A stretch of 64,000 bases of DNA. Origin: Candidatus Thorarchaeota archaeon (GTDB lineage Archaea; Asgardarchaeota; Thorarchaeia; Thorarchaeales; Thorarchaeaceae). The stretch lies in contig JAFGAR010000005.1 in NCBI GenBank assembly GCA_016933575.1, positions 1 through 64,000 on the forward strand. Direction: 5' to 3'. Below are positions 1 through 10,599 of the stretch, piece after piece. The notes under the pieces were generated by a model. The model did no database searches and had not been told where the DNA came from. It saw only the letters and a program-made list of their open reading frames with translations. Each line of letters begins with the position of its first letter. Positions within the stretch are counted from its first letter, which is position 1. Made by a program: the position numbers and the translations under genes.

Positions 1-415
1 CTTCGAAGTTGAGATGTCCCTGATTGGTCTTGAGCGTTGTCAGATTAGGCACCAGGCACTAGAGGCAGCTCGTGTTGCAGCTAACCGAGACCTGACCAAG
101 AAGGCCGGTAGGTTGAATTATCACCTTCGTATTCGAGTTAAGCCCTTACAGTATCTTCGTGAGAACAAGATGATTTCAGGTGCTGGAGCAGACCGTGTAC
201 AGGATGGAATGCGAAAGGCGTGGGGAAAAGTAATTGGTTCAGCTGCACGAATCAAACCAAACCAAGCCATTGCTACAGTCCGCATTAACCGCCAACACAT
301 CAAAGTGGGCATGGTTGCGTTAAAGAAGGCTGCAGCAAAGATGCCTACTCCCTGTAAGATTGTCTTTGACAAGATTGATCCAGAACTTAAACGTACTCTG
401 GGATATGGAATCTAA
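1..415 (+). CDS. rpl10e: 50S ribosomal protein uL16/L10e (5'-truncated by window edge)
   Basis: QIRHQALEAARVAANR and LRENKMISGAGADRVQDGMRKAWGK are L10e signatures; the frame is open to the window start. Confidence 0.95.
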   Translation, partial: FEVEMSLIGLERCQIRHQALEAARVAANRDLTKKAGRLNYHLRIRVKPLQYLRENKMISGAGADRVQDGMRKAWGKVIGSAARIKPNQAIATVRINRQHIKVGMVALKKAAAKMPTPCKIVFDKIDPELKRTLGYGI

Positions 416-1149
416 TCCTCTGACTCATCGCACATCTTGACTAGATCATTCAGTTTTCGTGCGATTCCTGTCAGTGTTGTTATCTCACGTCCAGTAATAT
501 ATGATCGACCCAAGATATTTCTGAAGATCTGCTTTGCTATGGGTTTTCTGAAGTCCTTGATACTGAGATTGTCAATCACTTCGTCGAGAAAGACCATGAC
601 CTGAGCTCGTTCTTCACGTGTTGCTGACCTTGTTTCATTTGGTTCTCTTCCCTTTTTTGTTGCATACTGTGAGAAGAGGTGATAGAGGACCACAGAGACT
701 GCATGACTAAGATTCATACTAGGATATTCTTCAGACGTAGGAATTGTGAATACTAGATCGCAGAGAACAATCTCTTCATTCGTCAATCCCTTGCTCTCTC
801 GGCCAAATACTAAAGCAATTCTACCTTCGATAGCTGTCGGATCTGGTAATTTTTGGAGTGGCACAAGAGCTCTAGTGACACTATGATTGCCTCCCGCTCT
901 TGCTGTTGCACCCCACGCAACATCAGTATCCTCTAGAGCAGTCTCAAGGTCCGGGACAATCTGTGCAGAATCGAGTATAGTGTGTGCATGAACTGAGAAT
1001 ATCTGAGCTTGATAGTCCTCCCGCGGATCGCAGCCCACAATCTTGAGTTTATCCACTCCAAAGTTTGCAAGGACGCGTGCAGCAAAACCGACATTTCCCG
1101 GGTTTTCAGGCTCTACCAGAACCACAACAATGTTTGGGAATTCAGTCAC
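412..1149 (-). CDS. trmJ: tRNA (C32/U32) 2'-O-methyltransferase, TrmJ/SPOUT family
   Basis: VLVEPENPGNVG, VFGRESKGLTNEE and YPSMNLSHAV SPOUT motifs. Confidence 0.9.
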   Translation of the reverse strand: MTEFPNIVVVLVEPENPGNVGFAARVLANFGVDKLKIVGCDPREDYQAQIFSVHAHTILDSAQIVPDLETALEDTDVAWGATARAGGNHSVTRALVPLQKLPDPTAIEGRIALVFGRESKGLTNEEIVLCDLVFTIPTSEEYPSMNLSHAVSVVLYHLFSQYATKKGREPNETRSATREERAQVMVFLDEVIDNLSIKDFRKPIAKQIFRNILGRSYITGREITTLTGIARKLNDLVKMCDESED

Positions 1150-1170
1150 TGGACCACGCTCTCTCTGTGT

Positions 1171-2349
1171 CTATGTATGAGCTAGCTGAATGACATCGCC
1201 ATCTTGGAGTGGGTAGCTCAGACCAACAACCCTGCGTTTTATCTTGTCATTATCCCTAAGAATCACAGCTGAACGGAATCGCTCTACGAATAATTCCTTG
1301 TGAACTTTTGCAGCTGCATCTTCCACCACGGATCCCTCAGGGAGAACAATGGGTTTACGTTCTCGCTGTTTTCCAGGTATCTTTGTATAAACACGTAGAA
1401 TATCGAGGTGTCTGTAGAATGCCCAGCTCATTCCATCAAGATTCTCTTTCCTAGCTGCTGATGTTGGAACAATATCAAATCGGTCTCCATACTTCTCCTC
1501 AAGTTCTCTAAAGCGGGCTCCTGAGCCTTCTGCATCTCCTTTCGTAGCAACAACTAATGCTCGTACATAGGCAACGCTCGTATCAAGTGCATCTATCAGT
1601 TGTTGGAATGTGGCTGTTTTTTGGAAACGGACAATAATATTCGTAATTCTACGGGCAACGAGGAACTCTTTCACTTCAGCGATATCTCCGTCGTAGTTAT
1701 GTGCTCCATAGATCATATGACCGCCAAGCCCAACTTTCTCTATTCTAACTGCGGTCTTCTCCTTATTCAGACGAATTCGTGCAGAATCTAATTCGCCTAG
1801 AATAATCTTCATCTGGTAGTCAATATCTTGTGATAAATCGATGACAAGTGCAATACAATCTGTGTTTCTCGCTACTGCCAGAGCTTGTCTTCCTATTCCA
1901 GCTTCATGACTACCTTCAAAGACTCCAGGTAACTCGACTAATTGAATATTGATATCTTCAAGATTCAGCATGGCTGGAGTTGGAATCGGTGTCGTGAATG
2001 GATAGTCTCCCACATCCAGCTTTGCATTCGTTACTGAATTGATGAGTGTTGATTTACCACTGTTTGTTATACCAATAAGACAGATTTGACCTGCACCCTC
2101 TTTTCTGACAACCCCTTCTTCTACACCGCCTCCTGAACGACGAGCTCGCTCTTGCTCTTTCCTCTTTTCAAGCAGTGCCTTGAGCTGAGCAAGTTTCTTT
2201 CGATAGTCTGCAATCATCCGCTCCGCTCCTTTATGATTCGGAGCCACTGATAGTAGTTTCTCCAGTTCTACTATCCTCTGAGCAAGGTCTTCTGTTTCTT
2301 CGTAGATGATTCGTTGTCTATCGAATTCTGGAGTGACATTGGTCGGCAA
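1171..2349 (-). CDS. DRG/OBG-family GTPase with C-terminal TGS domain
   Basis: GITNSGKST P-loop, YPFTT, ELPG, TKGD; TGS-like RVYTK...LQDGDVIQL. Confidence 0.9.
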   Translation of the reverse strand: MPTNVTPEFDRQRIIYEETEDLAQRIVELEKLLSVAPNHKGAERMIADYRKKLAQLKALLEKRKEQERARRSGGGVEEGVVRKEGAGQICLIGITNSGKSTLINSVTNAKLDVGDYPFTTPIPTPAMLNLEDINIQLVELPGVFEGSHEAGIGRQALAVARNTDCIALVIDLSQDIDYQMKIILGELDSARIRLNKEKTAVRIEKVGLGGHMIYGAHNYDGDIAEVKEFLVARRITNIIVRFQKTATFQQLIDALDTSVAYVRALVVATKGDAEGSGARFRELEEKYGDRFDIVPTSAARKENLDGMSWAFYRHLDILRVYTKIPGKQRERKPIVLPEGSVVEDAAAKVHKELFVERFRSAVILRDNDKIKRRVVGLSYPLQDGDVIQLAHT

Positions 2350-2393
2350 TGATGTTCATCTATTCTCTGAATACAATGATTATGAAGCTTTCT

Positions 2394-2975
2394 TCATGAA
2401 TCAATTTCTCTGGAATCTTCTAACATGTTGATGTCTAATATGAATCTCTCAGGGTGTGGTGTATATGAGAGTGTTACGTAATCCCGGACAAATCTCGTAG
2501 ATATGAAGGTGGTCCTATTGCCAACTGGATAGACTAGTAGAGAGTCTGCGACAATATCCGGAGTCATGGCTTCTGGTTCTTCCTCATCATGAGCAACAAA
2601 TACTCTTACTGGTGAACATCTTTCAATGAAATTCATGAGTCCAGTCCTATTTACAACAATTCCATTATCCAAAGTCTTTGATTCATCGAGGATAAGGTTC
2701 TCTCCAACTTGGTCAGCTTTCAATAGAAAGAACGAGATTGACCGCTCATCTGGTGATACTCTCTTGAGAGTGTTTCCTGCGAAAGAGAATACAATCAGGT
2801 CATCAAGAGATCCTTTTGCAATTGATACAGTCACATCTCTTCGGAGATCTCCAGAGATGAATAGTCCGACATTGACACACCTACATGCTGTGATGACTTC
2901 AGGAGAATTAGTTCCCGCCTTCACAGACGCCTTATCTATGGATAAATCATCAAATAGGACTAAGAAATGACGCAT
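2394..2975 (-). CDS. TrmY-like (tRNA pseudouridine-54 N1-methyltransferase family) SPOUT protein, divergent C-terminus
   Basis: CRCVNVGLFISGDLRRDV and VSPDERSI motifs; located next to SRP54 as is common in archaea. Confidence 0.7.
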   Translation of the reverse strand: MRHFLVLFDDLSIDKASVKAGTNSPEVITACRCVNVGLFISGDLRRDVTVSIAKGSLDDLIVFSFAGNTLKRVSPDERSISFFLLKADQVGENLILDESKTLDNGIVVNRTGLMNFIERCSPVRVFVAHDEEEPEAMTPDIVADSLLVYPVGNRTTFISTRFVRDYVTLSYTPHPERFILDINMLEDSREIDS

Positions 2976-2992
2976 GGCTATTCAAATCCAAT

Positions 2993-4345
2993 CTACATCC
3001 CAGGAAGCCCTGGTATACCTGGAATCCCGCCACCCTTTCTTCCACGTCTCTGTTTACCCATCTGCTTCATCATTCTTTTCATCTGTTCATGCTGCTTTAG
3101 CAGATCTCGTACGTCTTTGGTGGAGGTACCTGAGCCCTGTGCGATTCTTTTAATTCGCGACGCTTTGATTAATTTTGGTTCATCCATCTCTTCTTTGGTC
3201 ATCGAATTCATGATGACCTCCCATCTCTTCATATTCTCTTCTTGAATCTCAGCAATTCCTTCAGGTAGCTTGTATTGAAGACCTAACATCTCCATTACCT
3301 TTCCAAGAGGTCCCATCTTCTTTAGTTGCTTCAGTTGTGCCATCATATCCTTGAGTGAGAATTGTCCTTTCATTATTCGTTTCACAGCATCTTCTTCGAC
3401 TTCAATCTGAGCTTCTTTGACTTTGTCTACAAGGCCCCTGATGTCACTCATACCAAGAAGTCTGCCAGCGAATTTGGTAGGATTAAAGGGTTCAATAGCA
3501 TCCATTCCCTCTCCAGTACCAATGAACTTGATTGGAGCCCTCGTAGCAGCTACAGCAGACAATGCTCCACCACCTTTTGCACTACCATCAAGCTTTGTTA
3601 CAATAATCGATCCCACATCAGTAGCTTTTCGAAATGCGTCTGCTTGAACTCCAGCTTGTTGGCCCAAGGTACCATCGATTACGAGAATGATCTCTTGTGG
3701 TTTGACAGCTTTGGAGATATCCCTCATCTCTTTTATGAGACTGGTCTCTTCACGGTGACGACCTGAGGTGTCTAAGAGAATAAGTTCAATTCCTTTGTCT
3801 TTCATCTCTTTAAAGCCATTTTTGGCTAGCTTGACTGCATCCTTCTCTTTCTCATCACCATAGAATGGTACATTGGACCGTTCTGCTAGCTGTTTTAACT
3901 GACTATACGCTCCAGGCCTGAAGTTGTCTGCACAGATGACTCCGCTCTTGATTCCCCTTTTTTGGTAATAGCGTGCAAGTTTTCCAATAGTTGTAGTCTT
4001 CCCTGAACCTTGAATACCAATCATCATGACAAGGTTTGGTTTTCCAGGATGAATTGTTAGGGGAACAGTCTTCTCCCCGAGGAAGAATGCGAGTGTGTCC
4101 CAGACAACACGGATGATATGTTCTCTCCGTGAAACACCTCTTGGAAGTGTTTCATCTAATGCTTGCTCTTGCACTCTCTCCGTGATTGCCATTACAAGAT
4201 TGACATCGACATCTGCGATAAGTAGTGCCCGTTGTATGTCTTTCACTAGCTCTTTGACTAGCTCTTCATCGATGACGCTAGCTCCAAAGAGCTTCTTCAG
4301 TGCTGAATTAAGTGATTTACCAAGACCTTCTAAGACCAAGACCAT
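2993..4345 (-). CDS. srp54: Signal recognition particle protein SRP54
   Basis: GIQGSGKTTT, DTSGRH, TKLDGSAKGGGALS, Met-rich M domain with SRIKRIAQGSG. Confidence 0.98.
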   Translation of the reverse strand: MVLVLEGLGKSLNSALKKLFGASVIDEELVKELVKDIQRALLIADVDVNLVMAITERVQEQALDETLPRGVSRREHIIRVVWDTLAFFLGEKTVPLTIHPGKPNLVMMIGIQGSGKTTTIGKLARYYQKRGIKSGVICADNFRPGAYSQLKQLAERSNVPFYGDEKEKDAVKLAKNGFKEMKDKGIELILLDTSGRHREETSLIKEMRDISKAVKPQEIILVIDGTLGQQAGVQADAFRKATDVGSIIVTKLDGSAKGGGALSAVAATRAPIKFIGTGEGMDAIEPFNPTKFAGRLLGMSDIRGLVDKVKEAQIEVEEDAVKRIMKGQFSLKDMMAQLKQLKKMGPLGKVMEMLGLQYKLPEGIAEIQEENMKRWEVIMNSMTKEEMDEPKLIKASRIKRIAQGSGTSTKDVRDLLKQHEQMKRMMKQMGKQRRGRKGGGIPGIPGLPGM

Positions 4346-4473
4346 CTCACCGTGTACTTACGACAAGTCGGGTCGTTGCCCATATCAACTTTCGCTTCTC
4401 ACGAGTTATTTGAACATTGAAGGATAATGTCTAAAACGCAATGCAATCCTCACAAGAGTCGTTGGTGACAACT

Positions 4474-4956
4474 ATGTCTGAAGAAGGTAGTGGAAAAATT
4501 CGAATTGTGAAGATAAAGGATGGAACTGTTATCGATCATATTCGAGCTGGGAAAGCATTAGAGGTTCTCAAGATACTCGGAATTACTGGAAAAGAGGGAA
4601 ATGTTGTAACATTGGCAATGAATATCAGTAGTTCAAGAATTGACACAAAGGACATTGTCAAGGTCGAGAATCGTTTTCTCGACTCAGCAGAGGTTGCACG
4701 TATTGCCCTTGTAGCTCCTGAGGCGACTATCAATCTAATCAAAGATTCAAAAGTCATCAAGAAAACTCGTGTAGAACTCCCTGAAACAATAACTGACATC
4801 ATGAAGTGTCCTAATTCACGATGTGTCACCAACAAAGAGAGGGAGCCGATTCACAGTAAATATCAGATTGTTTCAAAGAAACCTCTTCAGTTGAAATGTC
4901 TTTACTGTTGGACCTTGGTAGAAGAAGAGGAAGTAATCGCACAATTTACCGGATGA
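4474..4956 (+). CDS. pyrI: Aspartate carbamoyltransferase regulatory subunit
   Basis: IKDGTVIDHI, KDIVKVE, CPNSRCVTN...CLYC zinc site; GGTGA SD before ATG 4474. Confidence 0.95.
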   Translation: MSEEGSGKIRIVKIKDGTVIDHIRAGKALEVLKILGITGKEGNVVTLAMNISSSRIDTKDIVKVENRFLDSAEVARIALVAPEATINLIKDSKVIKKTRVELPETITDIMKCPNSRCVTNKEREPIHSKYQIVSKKPLQLKCLYCWTLVEEEEVIAQFTG

Positions 4957-5047
4957 GCTCACCTATCGGAGTACTTCAGTCAGTTTCCAAATGCTTTTTA
5001 GCATGCCAACAACGCAAAGGCGTACGTCGACGGCAGTGGGAATTTCT

Positions 5048-5371
5048 ATGTCTAGCGAAAAGATAGCAGTCATTGGTGACCGCGACACAGTCACTGGGTT
5101 TCGATTAGTCGGAGTCAGTGAGTGTGCAACACCAAAATCCCCTGAAGAAACACGAGAGATGCTCTTGGACTTCTTCCGAGACCCTAGCATGGGACTTATC
5201 ATCATCACTGAGCCTCTTGCCTCGGAAGTAGAAGACACCATTGTCGAGCTCTCCCAATCTCCTGTACCGGTCATCCTCCTTATTCCAGATAGGAATGGTA
5301 CTACTGGTACTTACGAAGCGGTCCTGAAGGAAATGATTCGGAGAGCAGTTGGAATTGAAATCAACATCTAG
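5048..5371 (+). CDS. atpF: A/V-type ATP synthase subunit F
   Basis: KIAVIGDRDTVTGFRLVGV...IRRAVGI; directly upstream of subunit A. Confidence 0.93.
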   Translation: MSSEKIAVIGDRDTVTGFRLVGVSECATPKSPEETREMLLDFFRDPSMGLIIITEPLASEVEDTIVELSQSPVPVILLIPDRNGTTGTYEAVLKEMIRRAVGIEINI

Positions 5372-5396
5372 GAGAATTATGACGGGGTTGTGAACT

Positions 5397-7202
5397 TTGA
5401 CGAAACAGATTGGAAGAATCGAAACTATTGCAGGCCCTGTAGTGAAATGCTCTGGTTTACCATCAGTTCGAATGTACGAGGTTGTACGAGTTGGTAATCA
5501 GCAGTTGATTGGTGAGGTCATAGAGGTAGGTGACCATGAGTTCACAACACAAGTATATGAGGAAACATCCGGGGTGGCTCCCGGTGAACCCGTTATCTCT
5601 ACTGGTGACTCTCTCTCTGTAGAACTTGGACCTGGCTTACTTGGATCAATATATGATGGGATTCAACGTCCACTACCCACTCTCCGTGATATGTCTGGAG
5701 ATTTCATATCAAGAGGACTTAATGTAGAAGGCTTAGATAAAACGAAAAAGTGGTCTTTTACTCCTTCCAAGGCAGTCGGTGAAACCGTTGTTCCTGGCGA
5801 CATTATTGGAGAGGTACCAGAAACTGGCATTCTCAAATCAAAGATCATGATTCCACTTGGAGTCTCAGGTGAGATTACTGAGATTGTATCCAAAGGTGAT
5901 TATACTATAACTGACACAATCTGTAAGGTCAAGGGTTCGCATGGTGACATTCACGAAGTTGTAATGATGCAGAGAACCCCTGTCAGAGTTGGCCGCTCCT
6001 TCAAAGATCGTGTACCAATGGACACACCATTACTTACCGGGCAACGAGTTATTGACACCTTTATGCCCCAGGCAAAGGGAGGTACTGGAGCAATTCCTGG
6101 TGGCTTTGGTACAGGAAAGACTGTTACTTTACACCAATTTGCTAAATGGGCTGATGCTCAAGTAGTTGTTTACGTCGGATGTGGTGAACGAGGAAACGAG
6201 ATGACTGAGGCCCTTGAAGAGTGGCCTCATCTAAAAGATCCAAAGTCCGGTCGACCACTTATGGAACGTACTGTCCTAATAGCAAACACGTCAAATATGC
6301 CTGTCGCTGCCCGAGAAGCCTCAATCTATGTTGCAGTTACAATTGCAGAATACTTCCGAGACCAAGGATACGATGTTGCATTGATGGCTGACTCAACATC
6401 TCGATGGGCTGAAGCACTACGTGAAATATCAGGAAGACTTGGTCAATTACCCTCAGAGGAAGGTTATCCCGCCTATCTTGGTTCACGTCTAGCTCAATTC
6501 TATGAGAGAGGTGGAAGAGTTGAAACGTTGGCCTCGGATAGCCGACTTGGTTCAATCACACTCTGTGGTGCAGTATCTCCTCCTGGAGGAGACTTCTCTG
6601 AACCAGTGACGCAGGCTACGCTACGAATTGTCAAGGTCTTCTGGGCACTGGATAAGGACTTGGCAGCCAGAAGATTCTTCCCTGCTATCAATACCCTTAC
6701 CAGTTATTCTCTCTATCACTCAAACTTAGAGAAGTGGCATCGTGAACATCTAGGCGATGACTGGCCAGATCTTGTGAAGGAATCCCTAGCTATTCTACAA
6801 AAGGATCAGGAATTGAGAGAGATAGTCCAACTTGTCGGACCTGATGCACTTCCTGAATCTGAACGCGCAGTACTAGAAGCTGCACGAATGATCAAGGAAG
6901 ACTTCCTAACACAGAGTGCAATTCACGAGATTGATACATATTCGCCGATTAGTAAGACCTATCGGATGCTAAGAGTGATTATTGGATTCACTCGTAAGAT
7001 GACAGCTGCAGTAAAGATGGGGGTTCAGGTTCGAAGAATCCTTGAGCTAAGTATCCTCGATAATATTGCTCGCATGAAAATTATGCCCTGGGACTCTTTT
7101 GAAGAGCAGATGAATGCTATCGAGAAGAAGATGGAACGCGAATTTCAATCGCTCTTCCAAGAACTCTCAGAATCTGGTTTCCTCTCTGAATCTTTGGTGT
7201 AA
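5397..7202 (+). CDS. atpA: A/V-type ATP synthase subunit A
   Basis: [44 protein letters not shown]; no intein. Confidence 0.98.
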   Translation: MTKQIGRIETIAGPVVKCSGLPSVRMYEVVRVGNQQLIGEVIEVGDHEFTTQVYEETSGVAPGEPVISTGDSLSVELGPGLLGSIYDGIQRPLPTLRDMSGDFISRGLNVEGLDKTKKWSFTPSKAVGETVVPGDIIGEVPETGILKSKIMIPLGVSGEITEIVSKGDYTITDTICKVKGSHGDIHEVVMMQRTPVRVGRSFKDRVPMDTPLLTGQRVIDTFMPQAKGGTGAIPGGFGTGKTVTLHQFAKWADAQVVVYVGCGERGNEMTEALEEWPHLKDPKSGRPLMERTVLIANTSNMPVAAREASIYVAVTIAEYFRDQGYDVALMADSTSRWAEALREISGRLGQLPSEEGYPAYLGSRLAQFYERGGRVETLASDSRLGSITLCGAVSPPGGDFSEPVTQATLRIVKVFWALDKDLAARRFFPAINTLTSYSLYHSNLEKWHREHLGDDWPDLVKESLAILQKDQELREIVQLVGPDALPESERAVLEAARMIKEDFLTQSAIHEIDTYSPISKTYRMLRVIIGFTRKMTAAVKMGVQVRRILELSILDNIARMKIMPWDSFEEQMNAIEKKMEREFQSLFQELSESGFLSESLV

Positions 7203-7249
7203 TCGAAAACGTTGGCTTTATCGGTATCGCGGTCCACAATATTATTGAA

Positions 7250-7801
7250 ATGACTAGAGAAAAGGAACTACTAGCTTTACATGAGTCTATCAGAAACTGC
7301 ACCCTCTGTCCTCTTCATAAGACACGCACACAGGCTGTACCTGGCGAGGGACCAGTACATGCAAGAATCATGTTCATTGGAGAGGCTCCAGGTGTTCAAG
7401 AGGATGCTACTGGTCGACCCTTTGTAGGGCGGTCCGGCGAATTATTGACGGAGATGATTGAAAGTATTGGTCTAACCAGAGAGCGCGTCTTCATTACGTC
7501 TGTCTTAAAGTCACGACCCCCCAATAACCGAACACCAACACAATCTGAGATTGAAGCGTGTAGACCATATATTGATAGACAGATTGAGTTGATTGATCCC
7601 CGGATCGTCGTACTTCTTGGAGGGGTAGCTATATCCTCAATTGTCGGACCATGGAAGGTCTCCGATTCTCACGGTGATTATTTTGAAGCAAAGGGTCGAA
7701 TCTTCTTTATGACATATCACCCAGCAGCAGCACTACGATTTCCAAAAGCCAAGGCCTTGATGAAGAGTGATTTTGAAGTTCTGCGATCATTACTGGTTTA
7801 G
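7250..7801 (+). CDS. udg: Family-4 uracil-DNA glycosylase (Fe-S)
   Basis: CTLCPL, GEAPG, GRPFVGRSG, RPPNNRTP, TYHPAAALR. Confidence 0.93.
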   Translation: MTREKELLALHESIRNCTLCPLHKTRTQAVPGEGPVHARIMFIGEAPGVQEDATGRPFVGRSGELLTEMIESIGLTRERVFITSVLKSRPPNNRTPTQSEIEACRPYIDRQIELIDPRIVVLLGGVAISSIVGPWKVSDSHGDYFEAKGRIFFMTYHPAAALRFPKAKALMKSDFEVLRSLLV

Positions 7802-7836
7802 GTGGGCATTAAATCTGCAGATACCTAATCTATACT

Positions 7837-8361
7837 GTGAGTTCAATGTTCGCTTTAACAAAACTAATCCTCTTTGCACAGTCACCTTTCGATTTTGCAC
7901 TCCCCTCTGATCTCTTGGCTGCATTGACTCAGATATTGAACGTGTTTTTTGCCTTTGCTATTCGTGGGTATCTTCTCTTACTTCTTATCGGTCTGATATT
8001 GTATGCAACTGGTCTTAGCGATGGTCTAGCAAAACTTCTTGTCGTTGCTGGAGTAATCTTCTATTTTGGCGGACCTCTAGTTATCAATATCTTTGGAGCA
8101 TTTTCAACTGTTGAGCCAGTTACTATGGAGAGTGCAACATCTGCTTGGTTGCAGTTCTTTGGAATGACTGATTACGAGATCATGTACATATTGGTGTGGG
8201 TCGGTGAGGTAATTGCAGGGGTCTGCTGCCTAACAGGTGCAATTCTCTATTTTACTCCTAGCACAAACGAACTCAAATCAAGAGGACAATCACTCATAGT
8301 GAGGTCTCTCATGCTTGCACCTGTACTTGTCTTCTTCCACATCACCCCATTGTTATTATAA
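7837..8361 (+). CDS. Hypothetical membrane protein with two helical-hairpin repeats (possible VirB2/TrbC pilin-like)
   Basis: About 4 hydrophobic segments; repeated G(L/A)ILY(A/F)T...(K/S)L(L/I)V pattern. Confidence 0.6.
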   Translation: MSSMFALTKLILFAQSPFDFALPSDLLAALTQILNVFFAFAIRGYLLLLLIGLILYATGLSDGLAKLLVVAGVIFYFGGPLVINIFGAFSTVEPVTMESATSAWLQFFGMTDYEIMYILVWVGEVIAGVCCLTGAILYFTPSTNELKSRGQSLIVRSLMLAPVLVFFHITPLLL

Positions 8362-8441
8362 GATGCACTTCGCAACTCTTAAAACTCCGCTAAGACTACG
8401 AGCCGCTGTCGATTATCTAAAAGGCCTCGGCGGTTTCTAAG

Positions 8442-9842
8442 ATGTCTAAGGAATCCTCTATTGTCTATCGCACCGTTTCAGATGTTAGTGGTCCACTGTT
8501 AGTTGTGGAGCAAACACATGATGTGGCCTACAACGAAGTGGTCAAGATTCGAGCACCAAATGGCGAGCTTCTCACTGGGACTGTTCTTGAAACAGGACAT
8601 CACAGAGCAGTCATTCAAGTCTTTGAAGGTACAAGTGGATTAGATACCGATTTGACGTCTGTAAGATTCACCGGAGAAACAATGCGCCTCCCAGTTTCAA
8701 CTGAAATTCTTGGAAGAGTTTTGGACGGTGCTGGAAATCCCCTTGATAAGGGTCCTCCCCTAACAGCAGAGGATCATTGGGATATCTATGGCTCACCTAT
8801 CAATCCTTATGCAAGACAGTACCCACGTCAACCAATACAGACTGGTCTATCATCAATAGATGGTCTAAATACATTAGTACGTGGTCAAAAGCTACCCATT
8901 TTCTCAGGTTCTGGCCTTCCACACAATAGAATTGCCGCTCAGATTGTACGACAAGCAAAAATACCTGGAGAAGAGAGTGATTTTGCCATAGTATTCGGTG
9001 CTATGGGAATCACAGCAACTGAAGCACAGTACTTCATGGACTCATTCGAAGAAACAGGTGCTCTTGAACATACTACTCTATTTCTCAATCTTGCTAATGA
9101 TCCAGCTATAGAGAGAATAATCACACCTCGTGCTGCACTTACTGCTGCTGAATACTTAGCATACACTGCAGACATGCATGTTCTGGTCATACTTACCGAC
9201 ATGACAAACTATGCAGAGGCTCTGCGGGAGATAAGCGCAGCAAGGTCTGAGGTGCCTGGTCGTCGTGGCTATCCTGGTTATTTATACACGGACTTGAGTC
9301 TTATCTATGAACGCGCAGGACGTATTAAAGGTCGTAAGGGAACCATCACCCAAATGCCTATACTATCAATGCCACAAGATGACATGACCCATCCTATTCC
9401 TGATTTAACGGGTTACATCACAGAGGGTCAGATAATAGTAGGTCGTGGTGTGCATAGACGTGGTATCTATCCTCCGATTGATCCAGGCCCATCCCTCAGC
9501 AGGCTCATGAAGGAAGGAATTGGTGAGGGAATGACGCGCTTTGACCACAAAGAGATACAGGCTCAGCTCTATTATGGATACTCCGAAGGTCGTGATCTCC
9601 GTGACCTTGTTGCTGTCGTTGGTGCAGAAGCATTGACAGATCGAGACCAGAAATACCTGAAATTTGCAGACCGGTTCGAAACCGAATTCATCAATCAAGG
9701 AGAGTTCGAGGACCGCTCATTTGAGCAGACCTTGGACATTGGTTGGAATCTTCTCAGTGACTTTCCAGAACGAGAACTAAAGAGAATTGACCCGGAAACT
9801 ATATCCTGGGCAAAAGAACAGGCTCTGTATCGACCAAACTAG
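8442..9842 (+). CDS. atpB: A/V-type ATP synthase subunit B
   Basis: [45 protein letters not shown]. Confidence 0.98.
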   Translation: MSKESSIVYRTVSDVSGPLLVVEQTHDVAYNEVVKIRAPNGELLTGTVLETGHHRAVIQVFEGTSGLDTDLTSVRFTGETMRLPVSTEILGRVLDGAGNPLDKGPPLTAEDHWDIYGSPINPYARQYPRQPIQTGLSSIDGLNTLVRGQKLPIFSGSGLPHNRIAAQIVRQAKIPGEESDFAIVFGAMGITATEAQYFMDSFEETGALEHTTLFLNLANDPAIERIITPRAALTAAEYLAYTADMHVLVILTDMTNYAEALREISAARSEVPGRRGYPGYLYTDLSLIYERAGRIKGRKGTITQMPILSMPQDDMTHPIPDLTGYITEGQIIVGRGVHRRGIYPPIDPGPSLSRLMKEGIGEGMTRFDHKEIQAQLYYGYSEGRDLRDLVAVVGAEALTDRDQKYLKFADRFETEFINQGEFEDRSFEQTLDIGWNLLSDFPERELKRIDPETISWAKEQALYRPN

Positions 9843-9883
9843 AACTAGGAGTTCTTATAGTACCATTTACAGTCTACTTATGA

Positions 9884-10597
9884 GTGGGAGTTTTCGTGAG
9901 AATTCTAGTCGTGGGTAGCTGTGGCAAGAGGAAACGCGAATCAAGTCCTAAATCACCCACATGCAAGGACATCACGTCTAAGGTAGATCTAGCTACGTGG
10001 CGTGAGAAGTTCAAGGCACAATCCTATCCAGCAAGGGATATGTACATAGGATTTCAGGCACAACAACTTGTAAACGGTGTGGATGTTCTGCGGAAGATTG
10101 ATGGAGCTGATGTGACCTTAGTCATTATATCTGCAGGATTTGGTCTTATCTATGAAAATGAAGTCATTCCTCCCTATGACTGTAGTTTTTCAAAAATGAA
10201 GAAATCAGAGATACTGGACCGTGCTGAAAAACTGTCAATCCAAGATGACTTTACCAGTCTCTGTGAGGATAGATACGATCTCATCTATCTAGCTCTTGGT
10301 AAGAACTATCTGTCCGCATTAGGCGTGGACTGGTTGTCATCATCATCATCCACAATAATCGTGTTCAATGACACTCTAGCCGGGGATGGAGTGGTATTCA
10401 TCCCTGCGAACCATCGAATCGTACACGCACTCTCATCGAGAGGCTATAAGATACATGGAGTTTCTGGGTTCAAAGGCGATCTCTTTAGAGTACTTACTCA
10501 CTTCGCCTCAGAGAGTGATAATCCCTACAAGGAGATAATGAAATGGAGGTCCTCAGACTATCTCAGAGAACTTGTTCATACTCTATCTGGTATTTGA
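9884..10597 (+). CDS. Hypothetical protein, DUF6884/YaaA-like family
   Basis: SCGKRK...PARDMYIG...IISAGFGLI...IPPYD pattern. Confidence 0.55.
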   Translation: MGVFVRILVVGSCGKRKRESSPKSPTCKDITSKVDLATWREKFKAQSYPARDMYIGFQAQQLVNGVDVLRKIDGADVTLVIISAGFGLIYENEVIPPYDCSFSKMKKSEILDRAEKLSIQDDFTSLCEDRYDLIYLALGKNYLSALGVDWLSSSSSTIIVFNDTLAGDGVVFIPANHRIVHALSSRGYKIHGVSGFKGDLFRVLTHFASESDNPYKEIMKWRSSDYLRELVHTLSGI

Positions 10598-10599
10598 AC

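Noticed and set aside
4474-4956. pyrI without pyrB
   Set aside because: Split pyrB/pyrI is common in archaea; pyrB probably lies outside the window
5397-7202. Inteins in atpA, cdc48 or top6
   Set aside because: Protein lengths are normal and motifs are contiguous
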